This document shows, piece after piece, positions 1-12,100 of a stretch of 64,000 nucleotides of DNA. The translations under genes and the position numbers were made by a program. This stretch comes from Ophelia neglecta (taxonomy: Eukaryota). Where the stretch lies: assembly GCA_965285935.1 (NCBI GenBank), contig OZ260664.1, forward strand, positions 19,096,001-19,160,000, read 5' to 3'. The notes under the pieces are model-generated. The model saw only the letters and a list, made by a program, of their open reading frames with translations. It did not search any database and was not told where the DNA came from. How positions within the stretch are numbered: position 1 is the stretch's first letter; each line of letters starts with the position of its first letter.

Positions 1-44
1 ATGAGAATTAGTCAATTTGTGAATTTTAGATAAAGGTTTCCTAC

Positions 45-151
45 CCGTCCTTTGGTGCCTCTACCCTTGCGTAACAGGAAGTGTCTCCATCTTGGCAGGA
101 GTTACATATGTTAGAATCTTCAGGGCATTCTGTTACTTTGAGAGTAGCCAC
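45..151 (-). CDS. FAT4: Fat4 exon (VATLKVTECPEDSNICNSC...KDG), 107 nt; LamG1 continuation; not in ORF track
   Basis: TTTTAG acceptor at 152-153, open frame continuing the LamG strand, GTAGGA donor at 43-44; exact donor less certain. Confidence 0.8.
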
Positions 152-3100
152 CTAAAAGTAATAGTATGTGTTTATATATACACTCCATCACCTACTGTAA
201 GGTCTTACTGCCCCATCAGCAGTTAAAACAAACATGTCATGAATTTTTACCAAAGACAATATCACTCAGAACAGAACACATAACCAATAAATGATCAATA
301 AAACATTAGCTGCATGTTATATTGAAACCTTAAAACAAAGTATTTACAACAAATTGATTATAGAATCTCACCACACTACTTTTATCAATTCAAAAATAAT
401 ATTCTTCCTTTAATTAGTGAAGATGAGATGTATTTCCTACCTTGCCAGTTCTCTCCACCTCCAGATGGCGCCACAGTCCATCATCAACCTTCTTGTTTAG
501 GGCGACGGTTGTCGGCTGTCCGTCTCTCAATCCAAACGAGAATCTCAGCTGCCCGCTGACCACCTCCAGACTCAGGAACTCCTGGCTCTCTCCAGGGTAG
601 TACATCAACAGGGCATTGGACTTGACTGTGGCAAACTCCACAGAGAAGAGGTTTCTCAAGCCGCTGAGAACCATGCTGTATTCCAGGTAGGAGAGGGTAC
701 TGAATCCTTTACTTTGGATCTCGCAGCGTGTTCCGGAAAATCCGTACTGACATTTACAGTAGGGTCCGTTACCATTGGTCAGGCAGCTGCCGCCATTTTG
801 ACATGGGGACTGCTCACAGAAATCGGTGGCGACTTCGCAGTGCTTTCCGGTGTAAGCCCCGACACAGTCACACTGGTACGCCCCCTTGGAGTTGGTACAA
901 ATGGCGGCGTTCTTACAAGGTGTGAACAGACATTCGTTGACGTCCTCGGAGCATGTGGAGCCTGACCAGGCAGCGGTACACACACAGCGGGTCTGGGCGC
1001 CATCACTGACACAGGAGCCTCCGTTCTCACACGGGTTGGTGTCACACTTGTTAATGGTCTCCTCACATTGTTGACCTGTGACCCCGTCTGGACACAGACA
1101 AACCTACAAACAAATATCTGATAAATACACTGTGAGCATACAATAAAACCAAGACCAAGGCTGGGTCTAGGTAGCCAAGCTTTGATTGCCGAAAGACCCC
1201 TGGAACATAACTTAAAGCACAAAGAAGCAAGCCCAGTTTTCACATTTACGCCGTCCCAGTATCATTTTTAGCGCATAAAAATAGATTGGGATGCAAAATA
1301 ATTTTTCCCTGTATATACTGGGATGCAAAATTTTCAAGATATATACTTTATTTACCCCATTTAAAAAAAGCCAGCGCAAACACTGAATCCCTAAACATTG
1401 TAATATTTGCAGGTACGTTTGACAGGTTTCATAACTTAAGCTCAGACAGTCAGTGTACAGTACCTGAGCCAGTTTGACGGTGCCACCCCTGAGAATCAGC
1501 CGGGGGCTGTCCACTATCCACGTCTGGGCCCCGTCATCCTGGGCCAGGGAGATCTTAGACGTACAGGTCGCCCCGTTCAGGCACGGGGACCCCCTACAAG
1601 GGTTGTAGTCGATGTGAGATATACGGACGTTTGCGGCTGACTCGATGGCAGACTCCATGTCTTTTATCTTCTGGGCGGTCTGGGTAGGAGCTAAGTAGTA
1701 CCTGTACAATAACATAACAATATTTTCCTATTTAATTTAAGCAAGAGAGACAAAGTGCATAATATTGTTTATCTAAATCACGAAAGATTATGAAATGGTA
1801 TGCATGATAGATATCTGTAAAGGGAAGTTGTTAAATAGGACAAAATTAGATTGAAAAGATCTCGGTATACAATGTAATGAAATTTTTTTTGACAAATTTT
1901 AAATGAATCTTTACATACAGTTTATAGTTATCAAAATAAAACCTTGTGTTTATAATATATAGTGATAGTTTACCTTTGAGAGTAGTGTATGGCCAGGAAG
2001 AGGTTCACAGTCTGCAGGCTCTCATCTTGGCTGATGGCATACACCATGACAGAGCCCCCGTCCTTGAGCTGGCCGTCCACAGCACTGACAAAGGAGGCGT
2101 AGGAGTCCTTGAGGAACCCGCTGGCCGTGTTCTGAGACAGCCGCACCACGATGGAGTTGTCCACCGTCTGCTGGTTGTAGGACTTGAACTCGACGGTGAC
2201 GCCGTAGCTGACAGAGTTGTGCAGACCGTCGGAGCCGGTCACACGGAGCTGGTAGGTCCCTAGCTCCTGGGTCGGACTCACGTGGAGGTGACAGGCTTCT
2301 GGCAGGGAGAACTTGTCACTGTCCCCGCTCAGCAGCGAGCAGGCATAGTCGCCAGAACTGTCAGGGTCACTAGGGCGGATGTCTGCGATCATCCCGCCCG
2401 CGAATTTGCCATCAAATGCGTACACGTCCACTTTCAGGTCTCGTTCACTGCTAGGGTTATCATTGTCGTCTGTGACCTTGACCATGAAGGTCAAGGTCGA
2501 TGACATAGCAGGGATACCGGCATCTTTCACCTCAACCTTGACCTTGTACTGTGGGCTGGTCTCTCTATTGAGAACCACCTTTGACTTGACCAGTCCGCTG
2601 GCCGGGTTGACCTCAAAGCTGTCGGTGTTGTCCACCAGCCTGTAGGTGTACGGTCCCTGGTATGGCGGTAGGTCAGGGTCCTTGGTGTGCTCCTTCAGGT
2701 CTATAATGATATCTGTGTACGCCTGTCTGTTCTCCTCCAACTCCCCGACAGGTACCTCAGGCTCAAAGTACGGCCCGTTGTCATTGATGTCGTCCAGGCG
2801 GACCCTGACGACGGTGGTCCCGGTGAGGGGCGGTATCCCAGAGTCCACTGCTCCCACCCTGAGGGTGTGTACTGGGGCGGTCTCCCGGTCCAGGTCCCCG
2901 TTAGTGTACAGCCAGCCGGTGGAGGGGTCCAGGCGGAACGTGTTCTGATCATTACCCTCCAGTATGGTGTAGGTAAACCTGGTGGACGGAAATGACATAA
3001 ACCCTAAGTAACTTTCATTTGAATAACATCTCAAACACTTTTTGTTTATATAAGTTCATATTAAAATAGATAAAATAATCTGACAAGTACATATTTTATT

Positions 3101-6100
3101 GCATTTACCTTACCAAATGATTAATTAAAACTTAAAAGATAATTTGTTGACCTTTCATTAGTCTGACACAATGAGCTTTTATATTTAGTTCTAACCCTTT
3201 CAGTGCCCTTGGAGCTTTACTGACAGCAACATGAGGGGCCAATCTAATCAGCTGGAGGCACCAAAGTGTTAAGAGACAGGATTTTATACCACTTCCTGGC
3301 TGGTGTATTATAAAACTGACTTGCCTGTTATCAGCTGGCTGTATGTCATTGTCTACAGCAGATACTTTGAGAACGCTCACTCCTGTGGCGATGTGTTCCC
3401 GGAGCCTGGTCTCGTACAGTGACTGCGTGAACCTTGGGGCGTCATTGGCGTCTCTGACGGCCACTCGCACCCTGCAGCGGGCGGTGTCATTACCCGTGAC
3501 CGGGCCCGAGTTAACCGCTATGACATCCAAAACAATCTCCGAAGTCGCCTCCCGGTCGACGGAATCCGAGATGATGACAGCTCCTGTCCTGTGGTCGATG
3601 GTGAAGCCTCTCATGTTGCTGTCAGCCAGAAGGTAGTAGTATACCTGGCCTTCCGGCCCGGAGTCTTCATCAGTCGCACTGACCGATCCTACGCTGTACC
3701 CCGGCAAGGTAGACTCACTGACTGTAAACTGGTATTCTGGGTACGTGAATTTCGGCAGGAACTCATTGACGCTAACCACGTGGACTTTAACCATAGTAGT
3801 ACCACTGAGACTGGTACCGGGGTTTACTACCTTCACAGTGACATCGTACTTGCTCGTTCTTTCGTAGTCTAACATTCCCTGTGACCTGAGAACCCCTGTG
3901 TCCCGTTGGATGTTAAACTTATCCATGGCAGGTCCTGACCCAATCACATAGTACTCCATTGCTGAGTTGGGGCTCGTGTCTGCGTCCGTCCCATTCATAT
4001 CCAGTACAAACGTGCCGCTCGGGGAGTTCTCGGCGATGTAGGCCTCGTATACATCACTGGGAAACTGTGGTGGATTGTCGTTCACGTCTCCCACAGACAC
4101 GACAAACACGCGAGTGACTTCTCTGGGTAGGTAGCCTCGATCACGGGCGGTGATGGCTAGGTCATGTGACTTCTGGTTCTCGTAATCCAGAGCCTTGGCC
4201 AGCCTGAGGTAGCCATTGCTCTCGTCCACACTGAAGATACCCTCGGGGTCGCCACCGGTCAGGTAGTAGGAGACCTGCCCGTTACGGCCATCGTCCCTGT
4301 CGGAGGCCGTCACACGGCCGAGGATAGACCCAATAGCCTTGTCCTCAGCAGCACTGGCCCTGTGAGGAACATACACAAAAATTAACACTTAGCAGGGACC
4401 ATCTATTAGTTCAATAACCACCGATGTGATGTCAGATGTATGGGGATACAACTAAAGAGATAATATATTTATTTCCTTTTTTTTTTTCATACTTCAAAAG
4501 TCAATATCAAATGATTTGTGAGTAACGTTGAACATATTTTCTTGGTATTTTTTTTTTAAGTAAATATATTCACAAGAAATAAATCATAATAAAAGCTATG
4601 AGTGGGAAGGGTTTAGGATTGTTGACTGAGGTGGGTTTTTGTACAGTTAAATCCATACTAACTCAGGTCATAGATATAATATTTGATTTTATTCGATTGT
4701 AATCACTTTTCCAGAGTTTACCTACCTGAATGATGCCTGACTTCCCTGGAAGACAGGAGAGTAGTAGTTGATCTCAGAGACGTGAACGTGGACCTCGGCC
4801 GTGGTGGTGCGAGGGACCTGACCTTTGTCCGAGGCTGTCACCTGGACCGTGTAGTCCCGGACGGGAAGCCCGTCGCTGGGCGCTCGCACCAGGATCAACC
4901 AACCTGCAGAGTCATCAAATGTTTATCACTAGGTACAAAAAACTAAACAGACAGGTCATAGTCTGAGGCAAAGGATACAGTGCTTTTTCAATGAATATCT
5001 TTTTTTCACTAATGATCACTGCCAAACCTAAGAGTGACTGTGTTGGACAGTCATGCAGGTAGCATAATGCAGTTGACAAAAAATAAGATAACAAAACTAC
5101 TGCAAATACATTTATGAAAATATTTACAGACTTTTCTACAGCTGCTGTTTGGCCAGTTTTCAGAGCTCAACCAGACTATAACATAGCACCCAGGGGGCTC
5201 ATATTTCATCCCTCTAATCCAATAAGGATAAAGACTTCAATCTTACCAGAAACAGGGTTGATCTGGACGACAGAAGTCCCATTGCCTCCCGTGATCGTGT
5301 ACTCCACCTCCGCATTCTCTCCGCTGTCCTTCTCATCATGTGCTGCCACCTGTAGGATAGAGAGCCCACTAAGAGCATCCTCTGCCACTGGCGCGAAATA
5401 AGAAGCCTGTTGGAATATGGGAGCATGAGCGTTGGCAGGTCTGATAATGATGGTGACTGGCACCTCCGTGTCTTGTGGAGGCTCGCCGTGGTCTATAGCA
5501 AGCATCACCAGCTTCACTGTATTCTCACTAGAGGGCAGTGCACCTGCCATTTTGAACTCCAGCACCTCCCGTGTGGTGATAACTCCTGTTTTTGGGTCAA
5601 CCCTGAACTGTGATGTTGGGGTCTTGAAGCGATAGTACACCTCCGAGTTAGGCCCGGGGGCATCCATGTCTGAGGTTTCCATGACACCCACTGAAGAGCC
5701 AATAGGGAGGTTCTCTACGGTGTTGAAGCTGTAGCTCCGTTTGGAGAATCTCGGAGGGTTATCGTTGCCGTCAAGGATATCAATGCTGAGTTGAGTTTCG
5801 GCATTGTACGCTCCGTCGTTAGCGGCAACCCGCAGGATGTATTCGTCTTTGGTCTCCCGATCTAAGTATCCAGCGACGGTGACATTCCCACTCTGCCGGT
5901 CTATGGCAAACTTCCCTCCGGGGTTACTGGTGAGTGAGTAGCTATGTCCGCTTGCAACATCGGCATCTGTGGAGGTAATTTTGATGACAAAGCTCCCGAC
6001 GGGTGTGTTCTCCAGGATTCTTGTGTAGAAGTGCTGGGTGAACACGGGAGGATGGTCGTTCTTGTCTAACACAGAGATGTCTACGGTCGCCGTGGCCGTG

Positions 6101-9100
6101 TTCTTGGGAGAACCCTGAAAAAAGGAAGGAAAACATGAAACTTTGATAGAATTCAATTTAATTTTACCTATTTAGTGAAATCATCTTATCCTGTTTATTC
6201 TTTTAAAACATCTGTTCAAAGTTTATTACTAACACAAACTTGTCATCAAGTATTCAAGTAGGAAAAATAAAATGATGAAATTTGTCACTTGAACTGTTTG
6301 TAGATAAATGTCGGGTGAACAGTAAGTTGAATATTATCTGGAGAAGTCACAATTTTGCCATGTATATTAAGTGCAGACATATTCTCTGCCCATACTCACA
6401 TGATCGACAGCCACCACCACCAGCTTGTAGCTGTCCAGGTACTCTCTGTCCAGCTTGGTTTCCGTTCGTATCCTACCAGAGGAGCTGTCCATCTCGAAAG
6501 CACCTCCCACATTTCCGTCCAAAATCTGGTAGGTCACTCTGCCGTTCTCCCCAGAATCCAAGTCCTTGGCAGTCACAGTGGTGACACTCAGTGGTGGAAA
6601 CTCCTCCTCATTGATAGTAGTATTGTAGTATAGTTTATCAAATATGGGCAGATTATCATTGCGATCCTCCACATTGATATTCAGTTGAGCGTAGGACGAC
6701 AGCGACGGGTTACTCCCATCCCTCGCCTCGATCCACAGATTAAAGCCTTTGATTTTCTCGTAATCCAGCATGCTCCTAAGAATCACCTGACCGCCGCTGC
6801 TGATCTCTAGTGCATTGCGGGAGTTTCCTCCAGCCACGTGGTAGGTGATGATCTGTCCGGCTTTTGGCGACGTAGCTCGCACTGTTGTTATCGTGTGTCC
6901 TACCCGCTCCAGCTCCGAGACACGGAAGCTCTGTTGTATCTGGGAGAAGACAGGAAACCCGGTGGTGCCCTCTGGTAGAAAGGAGATCTCGACGGAGACT
7001 TCATCCGACAGCGGGTTCTGGCCCTAGAGAGACAAGTCAGTACTGATGACACCTTTCATAGGATTCTCCTCAAACTACTGTCTTACTAAACAGTCCACAT
7101 TTAAATTGCCTAGTGATTATTTGTGAAAATACATTTCCATTTACAAAGCTCATTTATAAGAAACATTTTCTCATAAATTTAGAATTTTTTTATAGTGAGT
7201 TCGTAACATCTATTGTCCAAAATAAGATCAAAATGTGATGTTAATTTCTGCGTACCTGATCAGTGGCTCTGACGTTGAACCTGAATCCCCCCGACTGTCC
7301 GGCCAGACGAGACCTGGCAGTGATCACGCCGGTGTTCTCGTCCATGCGGAAGTAGTTAACATCGCTGCTACCAAACATAGAGTAGGTGATCTGGCCGTTG
7401 GGGCCCTCGTCCTTGTCTAGGGCGGTCACGCCCAACACGAACCAGCCTGAAACCACACAACCAATCAGATCAAAACAGGAACTGGAGACTTAAAACTCCT
7501 TAATACAAGACAGCAATACGAAGGCAAGGAAATTAGAATAAGAATCATTGAGACTCTCCACACGCGCTAAAACTCTTCCTTGTCAATATTCAGGCAGAAA
7601 AAGATTCTCGAATTTTGTGCCAGTCGTGAAAATCGCCAACGTTTCTCTCCCGTCAACCTTTCCAGGCTTACAATAAATGAATGGGATATTGTATAAGAGG
7701 GCTGGCAATGGGACGGTCTCCCTGGTACTGGCAAGTCACAACTAAACTATATTGTTATTTACTTAAGATTTTAATAATACAGTGAAACCTGCCTTAAATA
7801 ATCCTCTACAATCAGACCACCTGTCAATTCAGAGTACTAAGGTGAGGACCACGCTGTATACATTCAATGTTAAATAACCTGTATATACAGCCCACCTCTG
7901 AAGTCAGACCAGTATTTTCCAGTCCCTTTGGTGGTCTTAATTGACAGGTTTCACTGTATTAATATTGATATATCTGCCTACCTGAGGGAGTTGGGTTCTG
8001 GATGGTTTTCGTATAGGAGCGTTTGATAAACTGAGGGTTGTTGTCATTAGCGTCCTCGATCGTCACGGTAATGGGCACGGTGCTGCTCATCGGGATGGTG
8101 CCCAGGTCGGTTGCCATGGCCACCAGATTGTACACATTGGTCTGCTCCCGGTCAAGCATGCTGCGGGTTGAGATCAGCCCGGTAACGGGGTGTATACTAA
8201 ACTGTCCCACTCCATCACTCACCAAACTGTACCTAAGGACAGAAAAACACAAAAACATTACATAAAATTACAATTTCAGTTATCACCCAAAATGTTGAAA
8301 CTTTCCCTCCATATTTTTACATTCATTAACCCCAAGGCAATGAAAATTAGCATCTACTAACACTTTTAGGTACTTTTTTAGTACTTTTTATAGTTTTGCT
8401 GGTTTGAGGTTATTTTGTTCAATAAAAAAAAACTAGATTTGGACCATTAATTAAAATCTGTCATTTAGCAGACTTGAAGTCTGTTGATGGGCTTTAAACT
8501 GCTGTGAGTGGTGGAACCTTTCAAGTCACACAGACTATTGTTTATCTGCTGAGGCAGGAAATCGGAGAACGCCGACTTTATAAACATCTAGTCAGTGAAT
8601 TCAGTGTGTCTGGTATAAAACATACCACATGACGGGCCCTCTCCGCCTGAAAATGATAATTGTACCAACATGACAGCAAACATTATCAGGAGCCACACAG
8701 GCATGAAAAGAAAGAGGACCGGCAATTTGTACCAGCTACCATCTTCTTCTCTTGCCTTAAGAGCGTTGTGTTCGATCAGCCAAATTACAAAACGTAATCA
8801 GTCTACTTTCAGTGGAGGATGCCGTCACGGTTGGGTGAGCGTCGTGGCGTGTAACCTGACAGATAGTCTGTGACAGTTTGAAGACACAGACACCTGTGCT
8901 GGAGAGTAACCCGAGTCTCCCCGAGTCTCACGTACAACTCGCGGTTCAGGTGATGAACCCCCGTGCCTAAGTGCCCACAAAGAGGGTAAATTGGTCGTGA
9001 TTTAGCTGCCAAGTCCCTAAGTCACTTCCGTGTCAGTCAGTCGTTTGTCATCCCAGCCGTCTAAGAACACAGTAATAGACTTTTCTCACCTCCTTCTAGA

Positions 9101-12100
9101 GACAATCCTCCCCCGTAATGACAAATTGTGTACACAGGTTTTGTAACCTGGCCCAACCCGTTTGAATAGCTAGACATAATTTCATTTGGTTTTGTGGAAA
9201 TTTCAATTAGATAAGGTGACATAGGGGAGCCATCATATACATGTCCCTTTATCTAAAACAGGCCTGTATACTACTAATTGTGCCCTTTTCCTCTCCAATT
9301 TCAATCCCATCTTACTACTGTTTCACCTAACAGTTATGACTATTTTATTATAGGTATATGATATGCATATGTTTAAACAGTAAGAGTAAATCATGCCATA
9401 CCAGCCATTGACTCTAGCTTTTAGGTTTATACACTTTCATTACATGCTAATGCAGTCAAGTTTTGCATGGAAATTTGAACGTTTCTTGTAATAATAGATA
9501 TTAATAGTTGAAGTAACACATTCCTAACTTTTTAAGAATCACCATAAAGTTAGGTATTTGACTGTGTTTTTTGTGTGTACCTGATTTCGGCGTTCAGCTT
9601 GTCGTCTGCGTCGGTGGCCATGAGCTGTACCACCGAGGCTGGGGCGGGCTGGTTCTCTGCCACCCTCCCGTCATAGTGGCTGTGGTAGAAGGTGGGAGGG
9701 TTGTCATTGATGTCTCCCACCAGGATCTTTACTGTCCCACTCCCAGTCAAACGGGGGGCACCTGCAAAGAAAATAAATACAAATTAACAAATTAAAATGA
9801 GTAAATGTGAATAAAAACGACTAATAAACATACTACGATATATCTCCCAATCTTTGTTTATATAAATCATTCTCCGTATAAACTGGATTGAGTTCATTTG
9901 ATAATCTAAATCAAAAGTGGCAAGATTGTGCATAAAAAGATGACATTATAAAAACTATCAAGTGTAAAAAGCCTGTTCTGTCAATCTCTATCAGTTTGTT
10001 TATCTTACAGGCAGGAGTATTGTGAGCATTGAGCACTGAGCAAGTGATTACTCAATCCTAGCCATTGGGTCATGTTTTTAAACCTCCCAGCTCCTCACAT
10101 AGCCCAGGGAGCCCTGGGTTACCTCCCCAGCTCCTCACATAGCCCAGGGAGCCCTGAGATAGCTCCCCAGCTCCTCACATAGCCCAGGGAGCCCTGAGAT
10201 AGCTCCCTAGCTCCTCACATAGCCCAGGGAGCCCTGAGATACCTCCCAAGCTCCTCACATGGCCCAGGGAGCCCTGAGATACCTCTCCAGCTCCTCACAT
10301 AGCCCAGGGAGCCCTGGGTTACCTCCCCAGCTCCTCACATAGCCCAGGGAGCCCTGAGATACCTCCCCAGCTCCTCACATAGCCCAGGGAGCCCTGAGAT
10401 ACCTCCCCAGCTCCTCACATAGCCCAGGGAGCCCTGAGATACCAGCCCAGCTCCTCACATAGCCCAGGGAGCCCTGAGATACCTCCCCAGCTCCTCACAT
10501 AGCCCAGGGAGCCCTGAGATACCTCACCACCTCCTCACATAGCCCAGAGAGCCCTGAGATACCTCCCCAGCTCCTCACATAGCCCAGGGAGCCCTGAGAT
10601 ACCTCCCCAGCTCCTCACATAGCCCAGAGAGCCCTGAGATACCTTCCCAGCTCCTCACATAGCCCAGGGAGCCCTGGGTTACCTCCCCAGCTCCTCACAT
10701 AGCCCAGGGAGCCCTGAGATACCTCCACAGCTCCTCACATAGCCCAGGGAGCCCTGGGATACCTCCCCAGCTCCTCACATAGCCCAGGGAGCCCTGAGAT
10801 ACCTCCCCAGCTCCTCACATAGCCCAGGGAGCCCTGAGATACCTCCCCAGCTCCTCACATAGCCCAGGGAGCCCTGAGATACCTCCCCAGCTCCTCACAT
10901 AGCCCAGGGAGCCCTGAGATACCTCCCCAGCTCCTCACATAGCCCAGGGAGCCCTGAGATACCTTCCCTGCTCCTCACATAGCCCAGGGAGCCCTGAGAT
11001 ACCTCCCTAGCTCCTCACATAGCCCAGGGAGCCCTGAGATACCTCCCCAGCTCCTCACATAGCCCAGGGAGCCCTGAGATACCTCCCCAGCTCCTCACAT
11101 AGCCCAGGGAGCCCTGAGATACCTCCCCAACTCCTCACATAGCCCAGGGAGCCCTGAGATACCTCCCCAACTCCTCACATAGCCCAGGGAGCCCTGAGAT
11201 ACCTCCCCAGCTCCTCACATAGCCCAGGGAGCCCTGAGATACCTCCCCAGCTCCTCACATAGCCCAGGGAGCCCTGAGATACCTCCCCAGCTCCTCACAT
11301 AGCCCAGGGAGCCCTGAGATACCTCCCCAGCTCCTCACATAGCCCAGGGAGCCCTGAGATACCTCCCCAGCTCCTCACATAGCCCAGGGAGCCCTGAGAT
11401 ACCTCCACAGCTCCTCACATGGCCCAGGGAGCCCTGAGATACCTCCCCAGCTCCTCACATAGCCCAGGGAGCCCTGAGATACCTCCACAGCTCCTCACAT
11501 GGCCCAGGGAGCCCTGAGATACCTCTCCAGCTCCTCACATAGCCCAGGGAGCCCTGGGATACCTCCCCAGCTCCTCACATAGCCCAGGGAGCCCTGAGAT
11601 ATCTCCCCAGCTCCTCACATAGCCCAGGAAGCCCTGGGATACCTCCCCAGCTCCTCACATAGCCCAGGGAGCCCTGAGATACCAGCCCAGCTCCTCACAT
11701 AGCCCAGGGAGCCCTGGGATACCTCCCCAGCTCCTCACATAGCCCAGGGAGCCCTGAGATAGCTCGCTGACACCTTTACCTAACACATCAATCACCTTGG
11801 CCAGGTTACCCAATAAAACCCATCTACCTGGCCATATTAACTGTACCAGACATCTTATAGGTTGTCTACCTCCAGCCTGGTTTACACTGGCAGACATCAT
11901 GTGGGTGTCGGTTAGCCGTACAGGTGTAAAATGTGGTAAATGCCAAGTTTACACCCACCACTAACCCTCAAACAGCCATCTCAGACCTGGCCCTGGAAAC
12001 CTGCCCTTGGAACCCTTATAATACACCATTTGGCACCATTTAGAACCAGTCTCAGTGGTGGGGCCAGTTTTCACTGATTTGATCTATCAGCTGTTAAGAC

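Noticed and set aside
7560-7675. Degenerate CGYGAAAAT-type MITE remnants (also ~30815-30920, 38240-38340)
   Set aside because: Resemblance only; termini and target duplications could not be defined.
714-9795. Plus-strand and alternative-frame ORFs overlapping Fat exons
   Set aside because: Antisense/shadow ORFs of GC-rich coding sequence with no recognisable domains.
10081-11760. 40-bp array as a CRISPR-like array
   Set aside because: No unique spacers (units are contiguous), no cas genes, and it lies in an intron of an animal gene.
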